A DNA stretch of 64,000 bases from assembly GCA_963732385.1 (NCBI GenBank), contig CAVSZB010000007.1, forward strand, positions 224,001 to 288,000, written 5' to 3'. The notes beneath the pieces were generated by a model. It searched no databases. It had not been told where the DNA came from and saw nothing but the letters and a program-made list of their open reading frames with translations. Below, piece after piece: positions 24,529 to 33,721 of the stretch (position 1 is its first letter; every line of letters starts with the position of its first letter). The translations under genes and the position numbers were made by a program. The stretch comes from an uncultured bacterium. Lineage in GTDB: Bacteria; Krumholzibacteriota; Krumholzibacteriia; LZORAL124-64-63.

Positions 24529-27036
24529 ATGCTGGACGGAAGCGCACAGGAGCGGACGCCGGGAGTGCTCCGCCGAACGGTCCTGCTCGGGCTCTTCGCC
24601 GGCACGGCGGTCGGCGCCGGTTTGCTGCTGGCCGGAATCCCCAACTGTGAACTGATGACCCTCCTTTGCGCGCTGGCCGGGGGCGTGCTCGGCCGTGGCG
24701 CCGGTGCGGTCGTGGGCGCCCTCGCGGTCACGTTCTACTCCTTGGGCAATCCGCTCGGTCCGGCGCCGCCCCCCCTGCTCGCGGCTCAGGCCGCCGGTTT
24801 GGCGATGGCCGGCTGGCTGGGCGGAGCCACGGCCGGCGCGGTGCTTGCCCGCTGGCGCGCCGGCAGGCGTCGTCACGCCTCCCTGCTGGCGCTCGGAACC
24901 GGCGTGGGATCGACGCTGTTCTACGACCTGCTCACGAACCTTTGCGGCGCGGCCGTCTTCGGTGTCGACTGGCGGGTGGTTCTGGCCGGCGCGATCCCCT
25001 TCAGCTTGGTGCATGTGGCGGTGAACGGCGTGCAGTTCCTCCTTTTGTATGCCCCTCTGCTGGCGCGTTACCGCCATCTGGCGCAAAGCCCGCTGCGCGG
25101 GGACGGCCCGACGGTCGTGTTGACGCTGCTGCTGGCCCTGGCGGTTGCGCCGGAAGCCCGCGCCGCGGCTCCGGCCGACAGCGCGGCGGTCATGCCGGTT
25201 GACGGCACGGTCGCGCCGCCCGCTTCGCCCGCCCCGCCAGACAGCGTGATTGTCGCGTCGGACGCCGACACCGTAACCGCCATTTTGCCCCTGCCGCCGT
25301 TCGCAGGGGCGTTCGCCACGACTTATGTGGAACAGCTCACGCTCGACACGGCCTGGACTCCGCTGGTGGACGGCGGGCTGGGCGGGCGGATCGTGCTGGC
25401 ACATGAGGCCGACACGTCGCCGTGGCCGGCGGTGTGGCGCGACGACGTGCCGCTGGGCGTCGGCCATCGCTGGATCGACGAGCCGTGGCTGGTGCCGCTC
25501 GCCGGCCAGGAGATCAGCACGGTTTCTTACGGTCTCGACGCGTTCGGAGGATTCGGCGGAGAGGTGCGTCTTTCGCCTCTCGACAGCCGGCCGCAGGAGC
25601 CGGTGCTCGAAACGCAGTTCTTCAAGGGGGGGCACGGCACTTATCTGCGCCGGCTCGCCTTCCGCACGCCGCACGCGCCCTGGCGCGCGCGGTTCGACTT
25701 CGAAGAGCGGCTCGACCGCGAGGGCTACGCGCTGTCGCCCGACACAGACCTCCGCTTCGCCAATCTCAAGACGGCCGGATCCGCGGCGCTGCGGTCGGGT
25801 CGGGGCGTGATCGAGCGCGTGCTCGACGACGGTTCGCGTCTCCGGTTCGCGGTCGAGAGCGTGCGCCGACACCGCACCGTGCTGCCGGCCACCGGCACGA
25901 TCCACGAGGAGGCGTGGCTGCAGCGCGCGGAACTGGGCTGGCGCGGCTCGGGCCGGCTCGGCGACCTGCGAGGGGCCGTGTTTGCGACCAGCGCGGACGT
26001 GCAGCGGGAACCGCCCGGGGAATCGGCCGAGTGGCGCCGGTTGGAGGTGACCCGGGAAGGGATTTCCGGCGGCCTCACCGGCGGCGGCGGCCGGCGCTGG
26101 CTCTCGGCGGTCGCCCTGGGCTGGCGTCTGCACGACACGGGTGCCGACGCGGCCTGGGCTGGCGCAGCGGGCGGTCCGGTCGACGGCGCCGGCGCGGAGG
26201 CCGCCCTGCAGGCCGGTCTGCGCGTTCCCTTTCGACGTCTGGCCGTCGTGCCGCGGCTCGTCTTCTCCTGGGCCGATCCCGGCGGCTGGCGGCCCGGCGG
26301 CGCCCTGACCGTCGAGCCTGGCGACGGTGGCTGGTGGCGGTTCGATCTGGAATCGGGGGGTCGGGCGCCGCGCAGTGACGAACTGTTGACGACCGACCGG
26401 GCTGAGGCGCCGGATCGCACGGTGCTGCTCGCGCCGAACCGCGATCTGGGCCGCGAGCGGGTCGTGCGAGCGGCGCTGGCGCTGCGGCGCCAGGTATGGG
26501 GAACCGATCTTGCAGCGACCGGGAGCCTGCGAACCCTGCGCGACGGCATTGCCTGGACCGCGGAGTCCGGCGCCGATGGCACGGGGCGCTGGGAGAACGG
26601 GCTGGACCTCGACGGACGCGTGCTGACGGCCGGTTTGACGCGCACAGTGCGTCTGGCCGGCCTGCTGCGCCTGCGCGCCGACGCGGTCTGGCGCTCGATG
26701 GCTGTGAGCAGCGGTGTCGCGCGGGGCGTACCGCCGGCGCGCGCGGCGTCGCTGGCGGTTGACTGGGAGCACAGTTCGTTTCATGGCGACGGCGTGTGGC
26801 TTCTCGGCTGGCGGATGGAGCGGACCGGCGTGTATGCCGATCCGTGGCTGCCGGTCGCCGGGTACACGCTGCCGGCGCGTGCTTTGCAGCATCTGCTGCT
26901 CGGCTTCCGGCTGGTCGGCGTGGATCTCCAGCTTGAACTGCGCAATCTCACCGACGACCGCCAGCCTGTTTCGGCCGGTGCACTGGCCGAGGGCCGCGAG
27001 GCGCGCTGGCGCCTCGGCTGGACCTTCACGCGCTGA
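24529..27036 (+). CDS. Fusion: ECF-transporter S-component-like domain + internal signal peptide + TonB-dependent-receptor/porin-like beta-barrel
   Basis: aa 1-180 multi-TM with IPNCELMT and FYSLGNPLG; then RYRH..TVVLTLLLALAVAPEARA; plug-like VWRDDVPL..VPL..GG.V; LRNLTD; terminal RWRLGWTFTR. Confidence 0.6.
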   Translation: MLDGSAQERTPGVLRRTVLLGLFAGTAVGAGLLLAGIPNCELMTLLCALAGGVLGRGAGAVVGALAVTFYSLGNPLGPAPPPLLAAQAAGLAMAGWLGGATAGAVLARWRAGRRRHASLLALGTGVGSTLFYDLLTNLCGAAVFGVDWRVVLAGAIPFSLVHVAVNGVQFLLLYAPLLARYRHLAQSPLRGDGPTVVLTLLLALAVAPEARAAAPADSAAVMPVDGTVAPPASPAPPDSVIVASDADTVTAILPLPPFAGAFATTYVEQLTLDTAWTPLVDGGLGGRIVLAHEADTSPWPAVWRDDVPLGVGHRWIDEPWLVPLAGQEISTVSYGLDAFGGFGGEVRLSPLDSRPQEPVLETQFFKGGHGTYLRRLAFRTPHAPWRARFDFEERLDREGYALSPDTDLRFANLKTAGSAALRSGRGVIERVLDDGSRLRFAVESVRRHRTVLPATGTIHEEAWLQRAELGWRGSGRLGDLRGAVFATSADVQREPPGESAEWRRLEVTREGISGGLTGGGGRRWLSAVALGWRLHDTGADAAWAGAAGGPVDGAGAEAALQAGLRVPFRRLAVVPRLVFSWADPGGWRPGGALTVEPGDGGWWRFDLESGGRAPRSDELLTTDRAEAPDRTVLLAPNRDLGRERVVRAALALRRQVWGTDLAATGSLRTLRDGIAWTAESGADGTGRWENGLDLDGRVLTAGLTRTVRLAGLLRLRADAVWRSMAVSSGVARGVPPARAASLAVDWEHSSFHGDGVWLLGWRMERTGVYADPWLPVAGYTLPARALQHLLLGFRLVGVDLQLELRNLTDDRQPVSAGALAEGREARWRLGWTFTR

Positions 27037-27099
27037 CTCCGGCGCCGCCGGGCCGGGAGCGCGCCGCGTCGGAGCTGGCGGCGAGTGCAAAGAGCGGCC

Positions 27100-27597
27100 A
27101 TGACCCGCCGGCAGGCCGCCGCCCTGCTGCTCGCCGCCGCGCTGCTGGGGGGCGGTCGCTGCGTGCGTCAGCTGTTGCTGGTGGACGCGACCGGCGCCTG
27201 GCGTGATCCGCTCCTGCTCGACCGCTTTCTGCCGCCCGACGAAACGGCGCTGCTGCCTGCCGGCGGCAGTGTCCCCGCGGTCAGTGGCGGTGGTTCCGGT
27301 GGGGGCACGGTCCCGATCCGTGCCGTGCCCCGCGCGGTGTTCAGCGGACAGCTCGACATCAACACCGCGCCTGCGGACTCCCTCGAACTGTTGCCCGGAC
27401 TCGGACCGGCGCTGGCCAGGCGCCTGGTGGCCGACCGAGCGGTGCGGGGGCCGTATCTCGCCGCCGGCGACCTGGAGCGGGTGAGTGGCATCGGTCCGCG
27501 GATCGCGGCCCGGCTCGCCCCACGCTTGCGTTTTGCAATGCCGCCTCCCGCCCGCCCCTCCCCGCCACCGGCCGCATCGCTGCCGGGCGCCCTCTGA
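27100..27597 (+). CDS. comEA: ComEA-family helix-hairpin-helix DNA-binding protein
   Basis: N-terminal TM; LDINTA...LELLPGLGPALA..LV..R...GPY....DLERVSGIG. Confidence 0.85.
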   Translation: MTRRQAAALLLAAALLGGGRCVRQLLLVDATGAWRDPLLLDRFLPPDETALLPAGGSVPAVSGGGSGGGTVPIRAVPRAVFSGQLDINTAPADSLELLPGLGPALARRLVADRAVRGPYLAAGDLERVSGIGPRIAARLAPRLRFAMPPPARPSPPPAASLPGAL

Positions 27598-27599
27598 TC

Positions 27600-27630
27600 G
27601 GGCCATTCACGGCGGCCGGGTAAATGGCCC
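27600..27630 (+). other. Inverted repeat between comEA and the pilB promoter
   Basis: GGGCCATTCAC-N9-GTAAATGGCCC (10 of 11 bp paired). Confidence 0.4.
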
Positions 27631-27657
27631 TCAAGTTGCGATCGGGCGCGTCGATCA
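27631..27657 (+). promoter_or_regulatory. Sigma28-like promoter upstream of pilB
   Basis: TCAAGTTG-N11-GTCGATCA. Confidence 0.55.
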
Positions 27658-27803
27658 GACAGCAGACACTACAGGCAGGCCGTCCGGCGCGGCCCGGCGC
27701 CCCCTGTGCCACGGGAGGCGATGGGTGGTGTCATGTCGCGACGGTCGCCGGCGCGGGAGCCACTGTGGAAAGCGCCTACGCACGCCGTAAACCGGGGGCG
27801 AGC

Positions 27804-29507
27804 ATGAACGTCAGCAAAAGCCTGGTGATCAAAGACAAGATCGCGGGGCGTCTGCTCGAAGCGAATCTCATCAGCCAGGACGATCTGAACAAGGCTGTTG
27901 AGCTGCAGAAGAAGGATGGCGGATCGCTCGGCCTCTGCCTCGTCCGTGCCGGCGCGATCAGCGACAACGCCTACGCGGAATTTCTCGGCAAGGTGTACAA
28001 CCTGCCGGTGGTGAATATCGAGAAGCTCGAAATCAGCCGTGAAAGTCTGGCGCTGATCCCTGCCGACGTGGCGACGAAGTTCCAGGTGCTCCCGCTGCGG
28101 CGCGAGGGGCGCATCCTCACCGTGGCGATGTCGAATCCGAGCAACATCTTCGCCATCGACGACATCAAGTTCATCACCGGGCTTGACGTGCAGCCGGTGG
28201 TCTGCGGCGAAGCGTCGATCAAGCGCGCCATCGATGCCAACTACGACTCGGCGGACTCCCTCGCCGCGATCATGCAGGGCCTCGAGGCCGACATCGAGAT
28301 CGTGGAAGATGAAGAGGACGAGGAGGCGCTTTCCGGCCAGGAGTCGAGCCAGAACGCCCCGGTGGTCAAACTCGTGAACACGGTGCTGGCAGAGGCCGTG
28401 AAGATGGGCGCCAGCGACATCCACGTCGAGCCTTACGAGAAGCACCTGCGCGTGCGCTACCGCATCGATGGCGTGCTCGAGCCGATGATGGAGCCGCCGT
28501 TCAAGATGAAGAACGCCATCATCAGCCGCCTGAAGATCATGGCGGAGCTGGACATCGCCGAGCGGCGCATTCCGCAGGACGGCCGCATCAAGCTCAAGGT
28601 CGGCGACAAGAAGATCGACCTCCGCGTGAGCACTCTGCCGACGATCTTCGGCGAGAAGGTCGTGATGCGAATCCTCGACAAGGGGAACCTCAACATCGAC
28701 CTTGCCGCGTTCGGCATGGAGCCCAAGGCGCTGGACGACCTGATGCAGGCGATCGCAGCGCCGTTCGGAATGGTGCTGGTGACCGGCCCGACCGGATCCG
28801 GCAAGACCACCACGCTGTACTCCTGTCTGTCGCGCCTGAACACCCCTGAGCGCAACATCATGACGGCCGAGGACCCGGTCGAGTACAACCTCGACGGCAT
28901 CAACCAGGTGCAGGTGCGCGACGAGGTCGGGCTCACCTTCGCCGCGGCGCTGAAGGCGTTCCTGCGGCAGGACCCGAACGTGGTCATGGTCGGTGAGATC
29001 CGCGATCTGGAGACCGGATCCATCGCCACCAAGGCGGCGCTTACCGGCCATCTGGTGCTCTCGACTCTGCATACCAACGATGCGCCCAGTACGATCAACC
29101 GCATGATCGACATGGGCATCGAGCCGTTCCTGGTGGCTTCCTCGACGAACATCATCATGGCTCAGCGTCTCGTGCGCCGGATCTGCAAGCACTGCAAGGC
29201 CGAGGAGAAGGTGCCGCCCGAGTCGTTGTCCGGCGTCGGACTCAAGCCCGACACGGTCGTTTACAAGGGCCGCGGCTGCGATCAGTGCGGGGGCAACGGC
29301 TACTCCGGACGCCAGGGACTGTACGAGGTCATGCCGATCACTCCCGAGATCCGCGACATGATCCTTGATCGGGCATCCACCAGCGAGATCTGTCGCAAGG
29401 CGATCGAGCAGGGCATGCTCACCCTGCGCCAGGACGGACTGATGAAGATTCAGAGAGGCATCACGACCATCGAAGAGGTCCTGCGGGAGACCTCCGGAGT
29501 CGAGTGA
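27804..29507 (+). CDS. pilB: Type IV pilus assembly ATPase
   Basis: ASDIHVEP, DIAERRIPQDGR, GPTGSGKTTT, AEDPVE, LRQDP..GEIRD, STLHTND, two CxxC motifs. Confidence 0.95.
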   Translation: MNVSKSLVIKDKIAGRLLEANLISQDDLNKAVELQKKDGGSLGLCLVRAGAISDNAYAEFLGKVYNLPVVNIEKLEISRESLALIPADVATKFQVLPLRREGRILTVAMSNPSNIFAIDDIKFITGLDVQPVVCGEASIKRAIDANYDSADSLAAIMQGLEADIEIVEDEEDEEALSGQESSQNAPVVKLVNTVLAEAVKMGASDIHVEPYEKHLRVRYRIDGVLEPMMEPPFKMKNAIISRLKIMAELDIAERRIPQDGRIKLKVGDKKIDLRVSTLPTIFGEKVVMRILDKGNLNIDLAAFGMEPKALDDLMQAIAAPFGMVLVTGPTGSGKTTTLYSCLSRLNTPERNIMTAEDPVEYNLDGINQVQVRDEVGLTFAAALKAFLRQDPNVVMVGEIRDLETGSIATKAALTGHLVLSTLHTNDAPSTINRMIDMGIEPFLVASSTNIIMAQRLVRRICKHCKAEEKVPPESLSGVGLKPDTVVYKGRGCDQCGGNGYSGRQGLYEVMPITPEIRDMILDRASTSEICRKAIEQGMLTLRQDGLMKIQRGITTIEEVLRETSGVE

Positions 29508-29559
29508 TGAACTGGGCCGCGATCGGCCACGCGGTTACCCGGATATATGGAGGATAGTC

Positions 29560-30633
29560 GTGATCAACATGCGCGAATTGCTCGAGGATATGGTCAGCCG
29601 GGCAGCGTCCGATCTGCACGTCACCGCCGGCCTCGCCCCGCAGTACCGGGTCGATGGCGCCATCCAGGCCAGCAATTTTCCGACGCTGACGCCCGAGGCG
29701 ACCCGCCAGCTTGCCTACAGCATCCTGAACGATGAGCAGAAGAAGCGGTTCGAGAACGACAAGGAACTCGATTTCTCATTCGGCGTGCAGGGTATCAGCC
29801 GGTTCCGCGCGAACGTCTTCCAGCAGCGTGGTTGCACGTCGATGGCGATACGTCAGATCCCGTACACGATCCAGACTTTCGAGGAGCTCGGGCTGCCGCC
29901 GGTCGTGCGCATGCTCGTGAGCCGGCCGCAGGGGCTGATCCTCGTCACCGGACCGACCGGCAGCGGCAAGTCAACCACGCTGGCCACGATGGTCGACCAC
30001 ATCAACCGCAACATGGCGGGACACATCATCACGATCGAGGATCCGATCGAATACGTGCACCAGCACAAGAAGTGCATCGTCAACCAGCGCGAGGTCAACA
30101 ACGACACTGGCTCATTCCCGCAGGCGCTCAAGTACGTATTGCGCCAGGATCCTGACGTGATTCTGATCGGCGAGATGCGCGACCGCGAAACCGTCGCCGC
30201 CGCGCTGACCATCGCCGAGACCGGGCATCTGGCCATGGCCACGCTGCACACGAACAGCACCTACGAATCGATAAACCGCATCATCGACGTGTTTCCGGCC
30301 GAGCAGCAGAACCAGGTGCGGTCACAGCTGGCGTTCAGTCTTTCCGGCGTGATGACCCAGCAACTCATTCCGCGGGCCTACGGACGCGGGCGCGCGCTGA
30401 CGCTGGAGATCATGGTCTGCACGCCGGCGATCAAGGCGATGATCCGCGACAACAAACCGCATCAGATCTACGGCCTCATGCAGGCCGGTCAGAAGCACGG
30501 CATGCAGACCATGAACCAGTCCCTGTACCAGGCGTTCGTCAACAAGTGGATCTCGCGCGAGCAGGCGGTCAGCCGCAGTTCCGATCCCGCGGAACTGTTG
30601 CAAATGATGGGCGAGCCTGTAGGCGCGGTCTGA
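29560..30633 (+). CDS. pilT: Type IV pilus retraction ATPase
   Basis: ASDLH, RFRANVF, GPTGSGKST, EDPIEY, AETGHL, AIKAMIRD (AIRNLIRE-like), GMQTM. Confidence 0.95.
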   Translation: MINMRELLEDMVSRAASDLHVTAGLAPQYRVDGAIQASNFPTLTPEATRQLAYSILNDEQKKRFENDKELDFSFGVQGISRFRANVFQQRGCTSMAIRQIPYTIQTFEELGLPPVVRMLVSRPQGLILVTGPTGSGKSTTLATMVDHINRNMAGHIITIEDPIEYVHQHKKCIVNQREVNNDTGSFPQALKYVLRQDPDVILIGEMRDRETVAAALTIAETGHLAMATLHTNSTYESINRIIDVFPAEQQNQVRSQLAFSLSGVMTQQLIPRAYGRGRALTLEIMVCTPAIKAMIRDNKPHQIYGLMQAGQKHGMQTMNQSLYQAFVNKWISREQAVSRSSDPAELLQMMGEPVGAV

Positions 30634-30650
30634 GCGAAGGGGAGGGAGTC

Positions 30651-31865
30651 GTGGCAGCCAGCACCATGTTCGTCTGGAAGGGTCGGTCCCCCAAGGGAGA
30701 AATTCTTTCCGGCGAGTACGAGGCCACCGACAAGCATGAGGTTTCCGAATATCTCCGCAAGCGGCGGATCATCATCACCACGATCAGGAAGAAGCCGAAG
30801 AATCTGCGCTTCGGGCTCGGGGGGGGCGGCAAGGTCAAGGTGCGCGATCTGAGCGTGTTCACACGCCAGTTCGCCACCATGGTCAACGCCGGTCTGCCGC
30901 TGGTGCAGTGCCTCGACATTCTCGGGCGCCAGATGGAGAAGCCGTTCTTCCGCGCGACCGTGCAGCAGGTCATGCTCGACGTGGAGGGGGGCTCCACGCT
31001 GGCGGAGGGTCTGGGCAGGCATCCGCGCATCTTCTCTGACCTGTACACCAACATGGTGGCGGCCGGTGAGACGGGCGGTATCCTCGACACCATCCTGACG
31101 CGGCTGTCTCTCTACCTGGAGAAGGCTGACGCCCTGCAGCGCAAGGTCAAGGGCGCGATGACCTATCCGACCATCGTGCTGGTCGTGGCCGGCGGCGCGA
31201 CCATTTTCATGCTGCTGTTCGTCATCCCGGTGTTCGCCAAGATGTTCTCCGATTTCGGCGGCACGCTGCCGGCTCCCACACGCATCGTGATGGGGCTGTC
31301 CATCTTCCTGCAGCACTACTGGTGGGCTTTGGGTGGCGGGGCTTTCGGCCTCTCGGTCCTGTTCAAGCGCTATCGCGCCACGAAGAAGGGCCGCCTGCAG
31401 ACGGACAAGTTATCGCTGCGTATCCCCATCCTGGGCGACGTGCTGCGCAAGTCGTCGGTGGCCCGCTTCACCCGGACGCTCGGCACGCTGGTCGGGGCCG
31501 GCGTGCCGATCCTGCAGGGGCTGGAAATCACCGCCAAGACGGCCGGCAACATGGTGATCCAGAATGCGATCGTCGCGACCCAGAAGAGCATCAGCCAGGG
31601 CGATACAATCGCCGAGCCACTGCGCAAGAGCGAAGTGTTCCCGCCGATGGTGGTCCAGATGATCGGCATCGGCGAACAGACGGGCGCGCTCGATGAGATG
31701 CTCAACAAGATCGCGGACTTCTATGACGACGAGGTGGACACGGCGGTGGATGCGTTGACCGCGGCTATCGAGCCGATCATGATCGTGGTCATGGGCGTGA
31801 TGGTCGGCGGCATGCTGATCGCGATGTATCTGCCGATGTTCCAGATGGCCAATGTGGTCGGCTGA
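30651..31865 (+). CDS. pilC: Type IV pilus inner-membrane platform protein (GspF family)
   Basis: FTRQFATMVNAGLPL, AGETGG, AMTYP, FPPMVVQMI, GEQTGALD, EP, AMYLPMF. Confidence 0.95.
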   Translation: MAASTMFVWKGRSPKGEILSGEYEATDKHEVSEYLRKRRIIITTIRKKPKNLRFGLGGGGKVKVRDLSVFTRQFATMVNAGLPLVQCLDILGRQMEKPFFRATVQQVMLDVEGGSTLAEGLGRHPRIFSDLYTNMVAAGETGGILDTILTRLSLYLEKADALQRKVKGAMTYPTIVLVVAGGATIFMLLFVIPVFAKMFSDFGGTLPAPTRIVMGLSIFLQHYWWALGGGAFGLSVLFKRYRATKKGRLQTDKLSLRIPILGDVLRKSSVARFTRTLGTLVGAGVPILQGLEITAKTAGNMVIQNAIVATQKSISQGDTIAEPLRKSEVFPPMVVQMIGIGEQTGALDEMLNKIADFYDDEVDTAVDALTAAIEPIMIVVMGVMVGGMLIAMYLPMFQMANVVG

Positions 31866-31866
31866 G

Positions 31867-33642
31867 ATGCCAGGCGCCAGCGATGCGGAGCTGGCGGTCG
31901 GGGAGACAGCAGCGCCGGCGGGGGCCCCGGGCCAGCTGCTGGCGCTGCGTCTGCTGTTCGCGACCTTCATGGTCGGCACCGGCATCGTGGTCGTCCGGCT
32001 GGCCACGCCGTGGAACGCGATTGACGGTCTGCTCATCGGCCTCGGCCTGATCTACGCCAGCGTCGGCGCCGCCTGGTTCGCGGCCCGGCGAGGCGTCGAC
32101 GGGCGCCGGCTGGCCGCCTGGCAGCTGGGCGCCGACGTTCTTCTGATCGGCCTGCTCTGCCACGTCTCCGGCGGAGCGGTCTCGCATTTCCGACTGCTGT
32201 TCTTCGTGCCGATCCTGCTCGGAGCGAGCTGGCTGGGGACGCGCGGCTCGGTGCCGCTGGCCGCGAGCGCGGCTCTGGTGACCGTGCTGGCGCAGATCGG
32301 CGCCGCGGCGGGGCGGGGCGCCGGGGGAATGCCCGCACCGGGGGCCGGTCCGCCGGGCGGCTCCGTCCTCGACGCCCACTTCTATGTGTTCCTCTTCCTG
32401 CTGGTCGGTCTGGGCGGGGGGCTTTTGGCGGACCGCGCCGCGCGCCGGGAGCGCGAGGCGGCGCGTGCGGCGGAGGATCTGCGCCGCGCCCGCATCGAGG
32501 TGGGCAACGTGCTGGACAATCTGAGCAGCGGCCTGCTGATAGTCGATCGCCACGCCCGCATCGTGCAGCTGAACCCGGCGGCGGAACGCATCCTCGGCGT
32601 TTTCGCCGAAGAGGTCGCCGGGCGCAACCTGGACGAGGCGTTCGGGGCTTCGCTGGCCGGATTCGCCGAGACGGTCAATGCCGTGCTGGCCGGCGGCCCG
32701 ACGCTGGGCCGCGGCGAGCAGAACATCGTGCGCTGGGACACCGTAGTCGTGCCGGTCGGCCTGAGTGTCAGCCACCTGCGCGATGCGGCGGGCGAAGTCA
32801 CCGGGGCCATCGCCATCTTCCAGGACCTGACCGAGGCGCAGCGCATGCGCGAGCGGGTACGCGAGGCTGACCGCCTGGCCGCGGTGGGTGAACTGTCTGC
32901 AAGCATCGCGCACGAGATCCGCAATCCGCTGGGCAGCATCCGGGGCAGTGTGGAGATCCTGGCCGGCGAACTGGAGCTGAGCGGACAGCAGGCGCGGCTG
33001 CTGCAACTGATCCTCAAAGAGAGCGCCCGGGTCAACACGATCATCGACGATTTCCTTGCCTTCGCGCGGCTGAGACCGGCAAGGCGCCGCCCCGTCGCGG
33101 TCAGTGCGTTGCTCGATGACGTTCTGCTTGAGACGCGTCAGCAGGTGCTGTTCAAGGGAGGCGGGGTCGCAGTCGAGGGGCGGGCGGCGGATCCGGCACT
33201 GATGGTGTTCGCGGACGCCGGGCAGATGCTGCAGCTCTTTCTCAACCTCACCCTCAATGCGTGCGAGGCGATGGAGTATCGCGGACGTCTGGTGCTGACG
33301 GCCGGTCCGGCTGACGGCGGTTTCTGCGAACTGCGGGTCGCCGACACCGGCCCCGGGCTAAGTGACGAGGCGAAGGTCCGCCTGTTCACCCCGTTCTTCA
33401 CGACCAGGAAGCACGGCACGGGGCTCGGGCTACCGATGGTCGCCCGCATCGCGCACGCCCACGACGGCTCGGTCGAGGCGACCGCCTCGCCGGCGGGCGG
33501 CGCCGAGTTCCGCGTGCGCATTCCGCTGGCGCCCCCCTGCGAACTCGCGGCGACCGGCGCCGTCGCGGACACGGCCGGGCAGGACGAGACGCCGACTCCG
33601 GTCGCAGTGGACGCCGGCGATGTTTGTGAGCCTCGCGGCTGA
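31867..33642 (+). CDS. pilS: PilS-like PAS sensor histidine kinase
   Basis: N-terminal TMs, PAS domain, AHEIRNPL H-box, N/G1/F/G2 boxes; located between pilC and pilR. Confidence 0.85.
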   Translation: MPGASDAELAVGETAAPAGAPGQLLALRLLFATFMVGTGIVVVRLATPWNAIDGLLIGLGLIYASVGAAWFAARRGVDGRRLAAWQLGADVLLIGLLCHVSGGAVSHFRLLFFVPILLGASWLGTRGSVPLAASAALVTVLAQIGAAAGRGAGGMPAPGAGPPGGSVLDAHFYVFLFLLVGLGGGLLADRAARREREAARAAEDLRRARIEVGNVLDNLSSGLLIVDRHARIVQLNPAAERILGVFAEEVAGRNLDEAFGASLAGFAETVNAVLAGGPTLGRGEQNIVRWDTVVVPVGLSVSHLRDAAGEVTGAIAIFQDLTEAQRMRERVREADRLAAVGELSASIAHEIRNPLGSIRGSVEILAGELELSGQQARLLQLILKESARVNTIIDDFLAFARLRPARRRPVAVSALLDDVLLETRQQVLFKGGGVAVEGRAADPALMVFADAGQMLQLFLNLTLNACEAMEYRGRLVLTAGPADGGFCELRVADTGPGLSDEAKVRLFTPFFTTRKHGTGLGLPMVARIAHAHDGSVEATASPAGGAEFRVRIPLAPPCELAATGAVADTAGQDETPTPVAVDAGDVCEPRG

Positions 33643-33648
33643 TTCCGT

Positions 33649-33675
33649 TCAAGATTCCGCCCTGGCCGCCGATGT
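33649..33675 (+). promoter_or_regulatory. Sigma28-like promoter in the pilS-pilR gap
   Basis: TCAAGATT-N11-GCCGATGT. Confidence 0.6.
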
Positions 33676-33721
33676 TGGCCAGAGGCGCTTGATGTCGACC
33701 CGACAGCTCGGAGGACACTGA

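Noticed and set aside
23425..27606. 1393-aa minus-strand ORF, and others such as 19630-22665, 46751-49129, 48741-50996 and 43216-45360
   Set aside because: Antisense shadows of well-supported + strand genes in high-GC DNA; Arg/Pro/Ala-rich with no motifs.
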